From a virus, in IMG/VR virus record IMGVR_UViG_3300045988_122866, positions 26,982 through 90,981 of that record: 64,000 bases of DNA; one strand, written 5' to 3'. Below the pieces are notes generated by a model. The model did not search any database and was not told the origin of the DNA. It saw only the letters and a program-made list of their open reading frames with translations. Positions within the stretch are counted from its first letter, which is position 1; each line of letters opens with the position of its first letter. Made by a program: the position numbers and the translations under genes. This document shows positions 1-12,100 of this stretch, piece after piece.

Positions 1-354
1 GGAACGGTATGGGGAGAACTTCCAGAGCCGGGTGAAGAACCTCAAGTTTTAGTTGATAGATCCAGTTTTAATTGTGATCTAACTGAAGAAGAAATTAATA
101 TTTTAGCTATTTTAATGATGTGCGGTTGGACGCAAAGACAAGTCGCTTCAATTGAGAATACTCGAATGAAATATAGTGGCTCTGATTTTAAATTTACTTC
201 TTAGGCAAATCACCTATCAAAGTTATTGAATTTATTGGGTGAATGTCAAAGACAATCTCACCATATGTAGCGTTTGTATAAACGCAGACGTCTAAATAAC
301 AAAGGTGAGTATGAATCTAATTGGGATGTGTTTAAAAGTCGATATGATTACTAA
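1..354 (+). CDS. C-terminal part of a virion-module protein; the 5' end lies outside the window and the gene stops at TAA 352-354
   Basis: Frame 1 is open from position 1, with in-frame TAG codons near 211 and 286 read as sense. It sits at the head of the structural module. Function not recognisable. Confidence 0.45.
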
Positions 355-652
355 ATATAATTTTGATATTCCAATAGAGAGTATAAAAGTAAATTGTTTG
401 CGCTTAACCAATCAATTATGGAAATTAATTCCAATGCGCGAAAATAATGAAGATTGGCATAAATAGCTAGAAACTGTTATAAATGAAATTGTGGGGTTTA
501 GTGTGATTTTTAGCGCTGAACCCCTTTATTTATAGTTATTAAACAAACTTGAGGGATTGTAGAATCAAGATACTGATTTTAATTTTTATCGTAAGACTGT
601 ATTTGAAACGATTAGTCTTTTATAGGAGATAAATTATGGCATCAGGGTTTGA
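344..652 (+). CDS. Hypothetical small protein of about 102 aa, possibly a head-tail connector-type gene
   Basis: Frame 2 is open from ATG 344 to TGA 650-652 when TAG is read through (4 internal TAG). It overlaps both neighbours. No RBS was checked. Confidence 0.3.
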
Positions 653-1700
653 TTATAGCAGTAAGCAACCTTTTAGATTATAGCAAGGTCGCTTAGGAAT
701 TTATGATAAACCACCCTTTGAAGGTAGCCCTGTTGAAGGCGTTAATTATACAGCGGTTCGGCTCGGTCAGATGGGCGGAAACCGCCAACAAGAGCGTATG
801 ATTTTATCTAAGCGCAGAAGTTTAGATAGAGCAGTATGGAATTCATACCAAGCCGCGGAAATTATTAAATAGGATGCGGAATATAAAAAACCTATTAGAT
901 GTTTGATTAATCCTAATAAATTAAAATAGGATTATGATGACAAGATTTTGTCTGTTGGAAATGAATATTAGTTTAAATCGGGAGATATTTTTGAATGGTG
1001 TGGAACTAATACCTATTGGATTTGTTATCTTTAGGATTTGACTGAATTAGCTTATTTTAGAGGAGATATTAGAAAATGCTCTTATAAGATAAATTGGGTA
1101 GATGAGGGAGAGAAAAAATCTACTTATGCAGCAATTCGCGGTCCTGTAGAAACGAAAATTGATTATATTCAGAAACATGAAATTAGTATAGATAATCCTA
1201 ATTATTCATTAAATATTTTAATGCCAAAAAATAAAGATACATTAAGATATTTTAAACGTTATACTAAATTTTATTTAGATAGTTAGGATGAAGGAGATAA
1301 TTTAATTTGTTGGCGTGTTGAAGCTGTAGATTCTATAAGCATGCCTGGCATTTTAGAAGTTAATGCGACTGAATATTATACTAATGAGTAGGAAGATAAT
1401 TTAAACGATAAGACTGTTGGTTCTTTAATTACAGAACCAATTGATCCAAATCCTACGACAACTGATATTATAGGGGAAACATTTATTTTTCCAAAGAAAA
1501 CTTATACTTATTATTTTGATGGTAAAGCTGTTTTAGAATGGAAAATAAAGAATAATAAAAAGTTGCCGGTTTCTTTAAAAATTATTAAAGAAGCAAAAAA
1601 GCCGACAGTTGAAATAAGTTGGACTTCTGGATATAGCGGATAGTTCGATTTATGTTATGGAGACTATAAGAAAACGATTGTAGTTCAATCATTGTTTTAA
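636..1700 (+). CDS. Hypothetical structural protein of about 354 aa
   Basis: RBS AGGAG precedes ATG 636. A single frame runs to TAA 1698-1700 with about 14 in-frame TAG and no TAA/TGA. It contains the tool ORF 1038-1286. Confidence 0.6.
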
Positions 1701-1715
1701 GGAGTAAAAGGTGTT

Positions 1716-2297
1716 ATGAAAATTAATGGTGTAAATTTACCTAAATCAAGTTTTCTTTCTGTTGAAAAAGATTTAGAAATTATTGTAAAACATCTCTGTA
1801 AAAATGAGAGATTAAAGCGCTTATTGTATTATACAACAAAAGATGCTATTGATAAACCAGATTTAAATGATGAACAAATGATTCAATTATTTAATAAAAA
1901 TATTAAGTTAATTCCTAAACTTTATGTTGATGGAAGTGTATTAAATTATTTAATTATTAATTTTGATAATTTTACACAAAGTGGAAATCCTGAGTTTAGA
2001 GATAATATTGTTGAATTCGATATTATTTGTCATTTTGATCAATGGCATTTAAAAGATTATCAATTGCGCCCTTATCGTATCGCTGCGGAAATTGATAGCA
2101 TGATAGATAAAACGCATTTAACTGGTATTGGTAAGTTAGAATTTCTTGGTGCGAATCAAATTATTTTAACTGATGAATATGCTGGTTTGTGTCTTATGTA
2201 TCAGGCAGTTCATGGCGAGGAAGATAAAAAATTTATGCCGAATCCTAATGACGAGGAAAGATTTATAGAAGATTTTAAAAAAAGAATTGAAGAATAA
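1716..2297 (+). CDS. Hypothetical structural-module protein of 193 aa with no TAG codons
   Basis: Intact ORF in the supplied track with RBS GGAG. The stop overlaps the next start (TAATG). Confidence 0.6.
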   Translation: MKINGVNLPKSSFLSVEKDLEIIVKHLCKNERLKRLLYYTTKDAIDKPDLNDEQMIQLFNKNIKLIPKLYVDGSVLNYLIINFDNFTQSGNPEFRDNIVEFDIICHFDQWHLKDYQLRPYRIAAEIDSMIDKTHLTGIGKLEFLGANQIILTDEYAGLCLMYQAVHGEEDKKFMPNPNDEERFIEDFKKRIEE

Positions 2298-3022
2298 TGG
2301 ATATTAGACTTGGGTTAATGACAGGTATTGATTTACCAATACCTGAATTAGAAGTCACTATTCATTAGCCATCTATAAAAGAAATTTCTTTTATAGGTGA
2401 AAAAGATCTTTTCTTGGGGATTTAGTGTTTATGTATTGATAAAAACATAATAGAGAATTCGGGCGAAAGTCTTTTAAGAGAAACAAATAATTTTTAGATA
2501 TTTATGACAATGATGAAAGAAAAAGAGATGGCCGATAAAAAACAAGCATCTATGTAGGTTCTTACATTATTGTTTCCAAAGCAAAATGTTTTATTTACCC
2601 CGAGGTCAATTGTTTTACAAGGTGATCCACAAATAATGATTGACGAAAGCAATTTTAATATATTATAGGAATATATTAAAGAAATATTTTGTTTTAAATC
2701 TAATGCTTCGCAAGAAATGGGATTCAATCCTGGAAATGCGGCCGCGAAAAAGATAGCCGATAAATTAATGCGAGGTAGACAACGTGTCGCTGAATTAAAC
2801 GGCACGGCTAATGCTAGTATATTTAGTTAGTATCTTTCAATGCTTACTATAGGTCTTGATTCAATGTCTTTACAGGATTTAATGGATTTAACAATGTTCC
2901 AACTCTATGACCTTGTTGAAAGATATCAACTTTATATTAATTGGGATATTGATATCCGGTCTAGATTAGCGGGCGCGAAGCCTGATAATAAGCCGGATAA
3001 CTGGATGAAAAATATCCATTAA
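2297..3022 (+). CDS. Hypothetical structural-module protein of about 241 aa
   Basis: The ATG overlaps the upstream stop. The frame is open to TAA 3020-3022 with about 9 in-frame TAG. It contains tool ORF 2840-3022. Confidence 0.55.
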
Positions 3023-3046
3023 ATTTTTTAAGGAGGAAAAAAACCT

Positions 3047-4099
3047 ATGAAATTTGGTGTACGCGAAATTTGCGATGTCGTTTTAAAGGCAAAGGCTAAT
3101 CAAAAGATTGGTAATAAGCAATTTTATAAGAATGAGCCAGTTATTTATTTCGACACTTTAAAGACTTCCAGTATGGAAGGCGCTGCTACCACCGTATACG
3201 CACAAGGTGGTCGTGGTAATACTAACTTAGTCGCATGGGAAGGCGAGCGTACTGTTACCTTCACAATGGAAGATGCTCTTATTTCTCCTGAAGGTTTCAT
3301 GATTCTTTCCGGTGCTGGTCTTATTGAAGGTAATAAAGAGACAGGTTTAAAATCTGTTAAAATTAAGCAACATGTTACTCAAACTATTGATAAGGATACT
3401 GTTTCTAAAGTGGCTGATAATACTGCTATTGGCACTAAGGGATTAACTATTCCTCTTAGTTATAATCCTTATTTAAAAGATGGTACTGAGTATGAGAATG
3501 ATGCCACTGCAAAAGACGAAGACTATGTGTATGTTTTCTTTATGAAAGATGGTAATATTATTTCAGAGCCTTATATTGCTCATAAAGGAAGTCATACCAA
3601 AGATAGCTATAGTGTTACTATCGAGAATTCTTTTAAACGTAGCGAAAATGATGAAAATAAAAAATTCAATGATGGTAGCTATAAAGCTAATGATTTAGAA
3701 ACTGATTATAGTAAGTGCGATTCTGTAATGGTTGACTATTATACTGAGCGCGGTGAGGGTGCTAAGCAGATTGAAATTACCGCTGATAAGTTTGGTGGTA
3801 ATTATTATCTTGAGGCTTCTACTTTATTCCGTAATCAAGACGGTGTAGATATGCCTGCCGAATTTATCATTCCTAACTGCAAGATTCAGTCTAACTTTAA
3901 CTTTACAATGGCTTCTTCTGGTGATCCTTCCACCTTTACATTTACTATGGACGCATTCCCTGATTATACTCGTTTTGACCATAGTAAGAAGGTTTTGGCT
4001 GCTATCCAGATTATAGAAGAAAGTGAAGAAAGCGATAATGGTATTCGTATGTCTACTGCTGCAGATAAGGCCGTAGCATCAACTACCACTGGAGACTAA
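3047..4099 (+). CDS. Putative major tail protein of 350 aa with no TAG codons
   Basis: Strong RBS AAGGAGGA. The gene is completely free of TAG in a TAG-rich neighbourhood. It lies upstream of the chaperone-like gene and the tape measure, and is followed after a 60-aa ORF by a strong hairpin terminator. The call rests on position only. Confidence 0.4.
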   Translation: MKFGVREICDVVLKAKANQKIGNKQFYKNEPVIYFDTLKTSSMEGAATTVYAQGGRGNTNLVAWEGERTVTFTMEDALISPEGFMILSGAGLIEGNKETGLKSVKIKQHVTQTIDKDTVSKVADNTAIGTKGLTIPLSYNPYLKDGTEYENDATAKDEDYVYVFFMKDGNIISEPYIAHKGSHTKDSYSVTIENSFKRSENDENKKFNDGSYKANDLETDYSKCDSVMVDYYTERGEGAKQIEITADKFGGNYYLEASTLFRNQDGVDMPAEFIIPNCKIQSNFNFTMASSGDPSTFTFTMDAFPDYTRFDHSKKVLAAIQIIEESEESDNGIRMSTAADKAVASTTTGD

Positions 4100-4104
4100 T
4101 TAAT

Positions 4105-4287
4105 ATGGTTGTAAAAGGTCCAGTAAAATATACTCCACCAAAACAGCCTAAAAAAGAATCTACTAAAAAGCAGCCAAAAGTAGAAAAGGCTGTAGAGAAA
4201 GAACTTATCGAACCTATTGAGGAAGTAGTTCTTCAAGAGGAAGATGAGGTAAGTAAGATTTTATCTGAATTAGATAAAAAAGATTAA
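4105..4287 (+). CDS. Small Lys/Glu-rich protein of 60 aa
   Basis: Intact ORF immediately downstream of the putative major tail protein. Confidence 0.4.
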   Translation: MVVKGPVKYTPPKQPKKESTKKQPKVEKAVEKELIEPIEEVVLQEEDEVSKILSELDKKD

Positions 4288-4292
4288 TTAAT

Positions 4293-4328
4293 GGGAGAGA
4301 ATAGAAATATTCTCTCCCATTTTTTTGT
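4293..4328 (+). terminator. Rho-independent terminator
   Basis: Stem GGGAGAGAATA / TATTCTCTCCC with loop GAAA, followed by ATTTTTTTGTT. Confidence 0.7.
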
Positions 4329-4351
4329 TATGTGGAAAAGGAGGATTAAGT

Positions 4352-5404
4352 ATGAATCAAGAAAATTTAATAAATTCTTTATTAGATGATTTATTAAATG
4401 ATAGCACTAATGAAATTAGTCAAGAAGTTATTCAAGAAAGAAAAGCATTAATTTTATCAGATATGACTCGATTAAAATAGATCCGAAAAGAATTAGAAGA
4501 TACTAAACTTTTAATGAAAAAAAGTATAACTAAATCCTCTTAGTTATATAGTATTTTAGGAGGTAGTTAGTCTAGGGGATTATCTTTAATAGTCAATAAA
4601 TAGAATGATTATGGTAAAATTAGTCGATTAATTCTTGAAGCCTATCACTTAACTACAAATATATTATCAAATGTAGGACTAATAAGTAAAGTAAATTATG
4701 TAATTACTTATTAGACAGATAAAGATTTTTATAGACTTACTGATATTCCAATTGATGAAAATGCTATGACCTATGAAATTCGAGGAGAAGATAAGGGAAA
4801 AACTAGATTAGTATTAAGAATGAATGAAAGCTATATCAGAAGTAAGGTAAATGAAAAAAAGAATAATAATGATATAAATTGGGTTTCCGCGCATTATAAA
4901 TAGTTTATATAGCCTTTTAAAGATGCTGAAAAACGAAGCTCTAAACGTAGAAAATATAAATTTACAATGAACGCGGGCGTGGCGGCTGAAGCTTTTGAGC
5001 GTCATTGGGAGAATTTACATCATCAATTAGATAAACCTTCTATTAATTATAACTTAGAAGTATAGAATCCTATTGGATATGCCTGGGTTTTATATAAATA
5101 GAGTTCTGGTAATGCTCCTTATTATACCGGTCCTGATACTTTATACTCTTAGGTTAAAAATAGTAACGCTAGTATTATTAGTAATGCAGATACAGTTTTA
5201 AATACCATGGAAGCTGTTATCCAAATGGGGGAAGAAAATATTAGTGAAAATGAATTAAATAAAATTAAAGAATAGTATAAAAAAGCTTTTAAAGCAAAAG
5301 AAGGAAAATTAAAAATTCCTAAAAAAATTATGATGAATGTCGATAAAGAAGCTAAAAAATAGATTAATAATGTTTTAAAAGATTTTAAAATTAAGAATAA
5401 TTGA
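4352..5404 (+). CDS. Hypothetical tail-module protein of about 350 aa
   Basis: RBS AGGAGG precedes ATG 4352. The frame is open to TGA 5402-5404 with about 10 in-frame TAG and no TAA. Confidence 0.55.
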
Positions 5405-5407
5405 ATT

Positions 5408-5436
5408 TTGACTAAATAAAAAATTTTTTGTATAAT
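5408..5436 (+). promoter_or_regulatory. Near-consensus sigma-A/sigma-70 type promoter
   Basis: TTGACT, a 17-nt spacer, then TATAAT. It lies directly upstream of the chaperone-like gene and the tape measure. Confidence 0.55.
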
Positions 5437-5463
5437 ATAATAAAGAGTAAAAGGAGGCTAATT

Positions 5464-5997
5464 ATGGCTAAAATTTCATATAATAAATTAGGAATTACTA
5501 AGGATGAACTTAATAAAGTTCAAACTGTTGAATACAATGATTAGACTATTGAAGTAAAGCAATATCTTCCTATCGCGGAAAAGAGTGAATTGATTACTCG
5601 TGTATTGAATAATTCAGTGGATGAAAATACTGGATACTATAACCTTTTAAAATTAGATATGAATCTTGGTTTAGAGATTGTTTATGCTTATAGTAATATT
5701 TCATTTACTGAAAAGCAAAAAGAAGATCCAATGAAGCTTTATGATATGCTTAATGCTTCTAAAGTGCTTAATCTTATTATTGGTCTTGTGCCAGATGGAG
5801 AATTTTATTATTTAAATAAAACGACTCACGAGATGGCTAATAATATTGTGGCATATCGCAACTCTGCGATGGGTATTGTGGAAGCAATTTCCACGGATTA
5901 TAGTAATTTAGATTTGGATGCGACAGATATTCAAAAGAAGTTAAATGATCCAGATAATATGGCTTTATTGAAAGACGTACTTACTAAATTGGGCTAA
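5464..5997 (+). CDS. Putative tail assembly chaperone of about 177 aa
   Basis: RBS AAGGAGG. It sits immediately upstream of the tape measure. One in-frame TAG; stops at TAA. The call is positional only. Confidence 0.4.
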
Positions 5998-6042
5998 TTA
6001 AATTAGTTAATAATATTATTTTTTGAAAAATAATAGAGTGAT

Positions 6043-6083
6043 GGGGATAAGAGTATAATTGCTCTTATCCCCGTTTTATTTTT
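6043..6083 (+). terminator. Rho-independent terminator or attenuator between the chaperone gene and the tape measure
   Basis: Stem GGGGATAAGAG / CTCTTATCCCC followed by GTTTTATTTTT. Confidence 0.6.
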
Positions 6084-6119
6084 ATATAAAGATAAAACTT
6101 GGAGAGAAAGGAGATTTCT

Positions 6120-9100
6120 ATGGCTAAACAATTAAATAGTTATTAGGTTAATTTACAATTTACTGCTGATGCTAAATAGGCTCAATAGCAATTATAGAGT
6201 TTGTAGAGTCAGTTGGATGCTATAACTAAAGGGTCATTAAATGCTAGTATAGGCACTGGCATCTCAGAGGAAATTACCAAATCTACTATTGCGGTCTAGA
6301 ATTTAAAAAATAGTTTATAGGAAGCTACTAATGTTAATACTGGTAAATTAGATTTAAGTAAATTTAATGCTAGTTTAAAAGCTTCTGGTATGAGTTTAGA
6401 AAAATATAGAGATATTTTAAAAACTTTAGGGCCAGAAGGCAATAAAGCATTTTCAACTTTAGCTAGTTCTATAGCTTAGGCTGAAATGCCATTAAAGAGA
6501 TCAAATGCTTTAATCTCAGAACTTTGGACCACTTTAAAGAATACTGCTCGTTGGCAAATTTCTTCAAGTATTTTACATGGTTTTATTGGATCAGTTCAAT
6601 CTGCGTATTATTATGCTTAGGATTTGAATGAATCTTTAAATAATATTCGTATTGTTACGGGACAAAATACTGAGTAGATGGCTAAATTTGCTAAATAGGC
6701 AAATGCTACTGCTAAAGCATTAAGTACTACTACTACAAAATATACTGATGCTGCTTTGATTTATTATCAATAGGGTTTATCTGATGAAGAAGTAAAAGAA
6801 CGTACTGATATTACAGTAAAAATGGCTAATGTAGCTCGTGAAAGTGCTGAAACGGTTTCAGATCAAATGACCGCGGTTTGGAATAATTTCTATAATGGAA
6901 GTTAGTCATTAGAGCATTATGCCGATGCGATGGTACGTCTAGGTGCTGATACTGCTTCTAGCGCTGATGAAATTGCTGGTGGTCTTGAAAAATTCGCAGC
7001 TGTTGCTAATACAATTGGTTTAAGCTTTGATAATGCGGCTGCTGCCTTAGCTACTATTACTGCCACTACTCGTCAAAGTGAAGATGTCGTAGGTACGGCT
7101 TTAAAAACTATCTTTGCTCGTATTCAAGGTTTAAAACTTGGTGAAACTTTAGAAGATGGCACTACATTAAATCAATACTCATAGGCTCTTGACAAAGTTG
7201 GAATTAATATTAAAGATTCTAACGGTGAATTAAAAGATATGGATAATATTATCGAAGAGATGGGTAATAAATGGTAGAGTATTGATAAAGATTAGCAAGT
7301 GGCTTTAGCACAATAGGTAGCGGGTGTCCGTCAATATACTCAGTTAATTGCTTTGATGGATCATTTTGATTATTATAAAGAAAATCTTGCTAGGGCATAG
7401 AGCGCTGATGGTTCTCTACAAGAACAAGCAGATATTTATGCGGAGTCTTGGGAAGCAGCCAGCAAGCGTGTTAAAGCAGCGATGGAAACTATATATTCTT
7501 CATTATTAAGTGATGAATTTTTTATTGATTTAGCTGATGGAGTAGGTAGCTTTCTTGAAATTTTAAATAGTGTAATAAAAAGTCTTGGTGGAATGAAGGG
7601 TTTACTTTTAGGAATTACTTCTATCGTTTTAACTAAAATGTAGCCACAAATTACGAAAGGTCTTAGTAATATTAAATATAATATTGACTAGATGACTGGT
7701 AAAGAAACTTAGAACGTTGCTAATACAAAAAAGACCGCAAATTAGATGTTAATAAATTCTGCGGATGTAAACTCTGTTTATGGGAAAAATGCTAATAAAG
7801 CTTATCAAGAATAGGCAAATCTTTAGAATGAGTATATTAGAATAGCTGATAAATTAACAGAAGTACAACAAAAAGAAGCAGCATCATATTTAGATATTTA
7901 GAAAAATTTAATTAAGAATATTGAACTTAAATCTCAAGAATTAGAAATAAGTGAAAAAGAAGCTTATAAAACTACAAATAGAGCTAAAGGAGATATTTAT
8001 TCTGGAGATTACACTAAAAATAGACTAACTTCTTAGCAAAGATCAGGTATTGATTTATTAATGAATGATTTGGCTTAGTAGAGTAAAGCTTATGCTGAAG
8101 TAGAAAGTTACCAATATAATTTAGGAACTTAGGGTGAAACAACGGTAAAAGACCTTGAAATATTAAGAAAAAAAATTAATGAATGTAGTATGTCTGCGGA
8201 AAAGTTTGGGCTTGCTTATGGGAAAGAAGGAGCTAAAGCATTTTTAGAATTTGAAAATGCTTTAAAAAATAATAATATTGACAAAGTAGATTAGTCATTA
8301 GAAAAATTAAATAACTTAATGACTTAGAGTGAACCAGTATATAGAGATACTAAAAATATTATTTTAGATTTTGTTACTGCTTTAGGAGCTACCGAAGATC
8401 AATATAATGATTTAAGTAAGGTTTTAGATGATATTGTTAGTAAAAATCAAAAAGTTGGAGAAACTGAATAGGATTTATCTAATAAACATGTTATTTTAAA
8501 GAATTTTACTAAACAAGTAGAAGAAGTATTTAAAGAACTATCAGTGCAAACAATGTCTGCTTCTCAATCATTTGTTGCTTTTGCTGGAGCTTTATCTTCT
8601 GTTGGTATGTTAGTATCATAGATTTAGGGTATTATAGAAACTTTTAATGATGATACAGTAGACACAAAAGATAAAATTATCAGTATCATAACTTCTTTAG
8701 GATTTATGATTCCTATGCTATCTTCTGTGATTAATAGCTTAAAAGATTCTCGTTTCTTTTTAGGTTCTTTAGGAGCTTAGATGGGAGTAGCTGCTAACGG
8801 GGCAGGATTGTTAAGTAAGTCATTGGGAGAGGTTAGTATAGCAGGAACTTAGACGGCTATTTCATTAGGATCAGTTTTAACTGGACTTTCTGGATTATTA
8901 GCAGCTATTGTAATAGTAGGAACTGTTATTCTTGCTATAAAAGGTGTTATTGATTATGTAAATTAGGCTTCAATTGCTTTAGAAGACGCTACCAAAAACG
9001 CAGAAAAAGCTAGTGATGCTTTCAATGAAGTAAAAACATCTTTTGATTCATTAAAAAGTGATATTGAAGATTACTCTTCTATGAAAGATTCCCTGGATAC

Positions 9101-12100
9101 TTTAACAGAAGGTACAAAAGAATGGAATGAAGCTTTACAAAAAAATAATGAACAAGTTTCTTAGATGCTTAAAAATTATCCTGAATTAGTTAAATATTTT
9201 GATAAAAAATCTAACGGATAGTATTATTTTACTGATACTGAAGCTGTTGAAAAAATTTATGACAATAAAGTAAAAAATGCTTAGAATGCTGTTAATATGG
9301 CAAATGTAGCTAAAGCTAATGCTAATTATAATAATGAGAGAATTGCTTCTTTAAGAGATGCTAGTTCTTTTGATACTTATAATAGTTCTGATTTTATGAA
9401 AAAAATTGGAAATAGCACAATAGCTGGTTCGGGTATGGCTGCTATTTTAATGGGGATATTGGGCGGTAGCGCTGCTGGAATAGGAGCTGGTCCAATTGGA
9501 GCTTTAGCTGGTGGATTAGTAGGATTAACTACTGCAATTATAGATAATCAAAAAGCGGCAGAAAAAAGTCAGTAGGCTATGGACCTTTTACAAGAAGCTT
9601 ATAAAGAATCTGGCACTTTAGTTTTTTCTTCTCAAGAAGAATTTACAAAAGCTCTTAAAGGCGTTAAAAATGATACTATAGAAGCATTATGGAAAAATGT
9701 TGATACTATTTAGGATTAGATCATAGCTTTAGATAATAATTCTACGTAGCTAAAGAATTTATTAGAAATAGCTTCTAGCGGATATAATGAAAATAATGAA
9801 GATTATAATAAATTAAATGATAAAGAAAAAGCTCTTGCTGACGCTGTTATTGCTGAAAGAGCATCAAAAGATATTACTAATTAGACTCAAGATTATGTAA
9901 ATGCTCGTTCTACTGGGGCAATGCTATTATCGGGAAATAAGTAGCAACAAAAATAGTATTTACAAGCAGTTTATGGAGCTGATAGTGAAAATTATCAAGT
10001 TAAACAAGGTTTGTTTGGAAAGTATACTATTTAGAAAAGAGACTCTAATGGGACTTGGGCTGATTATAAATCTGGAAATGCTAATGAATTAGGAGCAGAT
10101 TATGCTACTTATCTTTTAAATCAATTCACATCTGAAGACTCTGACAAAATTGATAAATTAACTCAAGTTAGGGATCAAATTAAATCTAAAGATAGCAAAG
10201 AAGATTTAAGTGAAAAAATTCTTTAGTTACAAAAAGATATTATAGATGGTGTTGGGGTATCTTTAGCTGGTTTTGATGAAGATGTTGTTGAAAATCTTAA
10301 AAATAATTTAGGTTAGATCCCTGATGAGTATAAAAAGTAGATAGAAGCAGCTATAGAAGATTATGAAAAGAATTCTTCTGATTATGCAATACAACGATTT
10401 GCTGAAAAAGCTGAAGCTGCTAAGGGTAATGCAGAAGGTGTTGGAGGGGTTTTAACATCTTTAAATAATGGTGATGATTTATCAACAGAACAAATTGCTT
10501 TTTTAGATACACTTAAATAGAAATATACTGAATTAAATGATATTAAAGATTAGGGTAGCCATGAATATTTAGCTTTATTAAGAGAAATTCAGGAACAAGA
10601 AGAAACTAATTATCTATAGGCTTTAGAAGATTCTAGAAATACTTTATTTAATCAAGCATCTGAATTATCAAAAGAAATAAAAAACAAAGAAAGCACTTTG
10701 AATGATCCTACTTTAGGTAAAGAAAAAAAGACTGAATTAGAAATTGAACTATAGGCAAAAACAGATAAATTTAATGAGGTAATGGATAAAATCCAAAATA
10801 CTGATTATTCAATTCAAGTTGCGATAGATGCTGATTTAAAGTCCGATGTTGATTAGGCTTTTGGATTAGCTGATGAATTTGAAAAATTATAGTCTTATGT
10901 GAGTGATGGTTTAACAATTAGCGTAGAAAAAGCACAGTAGATTATTGCTGATGGATATGGAGCGATACTCACAAATGCTGAAGAGACTGCGAATGGTTAG
11001 ATTAAATTAAATCAATAGGCAAGAGATTCTTTTATTGATGATAAACAGGCAGAATTGAATGCTGATAAAGATGCTAAAATTAAATAGTTAGAACTTGAGC
11101 GTCAAATGCTTGTTACTAAATAGCAAGCAACTGAAAAAGCTATTGAAATTTTATAGGGTGGATTAGAAGCAACTACTGCCACTGCTAAAGCAGAAGCTTT
11201 AGTTAATGCTGGTTTAGAATCTTAGAAAGCAGACCAAGCTGTATAGACTGAAGAAATAAAATCAAATGCTGCTGATGCCGGTAATGAAGAAATAGCTTAG
11301 GATACTGAAAATTTAGTTAATGATTTAGGTTTAATGTATTCAGATAATGCTAAAAATCTTGGTAATTCATTTGATGATGCTACAACAAATGCTGAAACAT
11401 CAGCATCAGCGCAAGTTTCAGCTTGGAACTAGGCTCAAAGAGCTGTTGTTGAATACGGTAAAAAAGTAAGAGAAGCTCCAAAAACCACCGGAGATATTTC
11501 TTATAATGAAATTAAATTTACGGGGTCTGGTAAGAAAAGTAAAACAACTGAAAGCACTCCTACTAGCAGTAATTATACTTATTCTGAATCTACTATTGGA
11601 GATACAGTTGATTCAATACTTCGTGAAGCCGGGAAGCATGAAAGTGGTACAGCATTTTTAGATGAGGCTATTGAAAAGGCTATCGCACAACAATAGTAGA
11701 AGCTTGCCGCAGTAAATGCTCAGATTGGTAGTATTGATGCAGGAATTGCTGCTTTAAAAAGTACTGATGTTTATTTAGATAGATTACAAAAGAATTTAGG
11801 AAAAACTTCTAGTGAAGTTAAAAAATTAGCGGAACGTTACCACGAGATAACTCGTGAAATTCAATATCAAGAAAAGCTTTTAGATAAGTTATCTAAAACT
11901 AAAGATAGAGTTTATGGCAAAACTAGAATTGATAATATCAATTAGGAAATTGAAGCTAATAAAAAATTAGTTGACTTACAAACCCAACTTTATGATTTAG
12001 TATTAGCTAATGTTCTTGTAGATTAGCAAGAAGTTCAAAAACAATTCGGTGGATAGGCAATTTTTAATAAAGAAACATTAGAAATTGATAATTATACTGC

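Noticed and set aside
4352-5997. A programmed -1 frameshift (G/GT-like) linking the two genes upstream of the tape measure.
   Set aside because: The two ORFs do not overlap. They are separated by a 60-nt spacer that contains a consensus promoter, and no slippery heptamer is evident.
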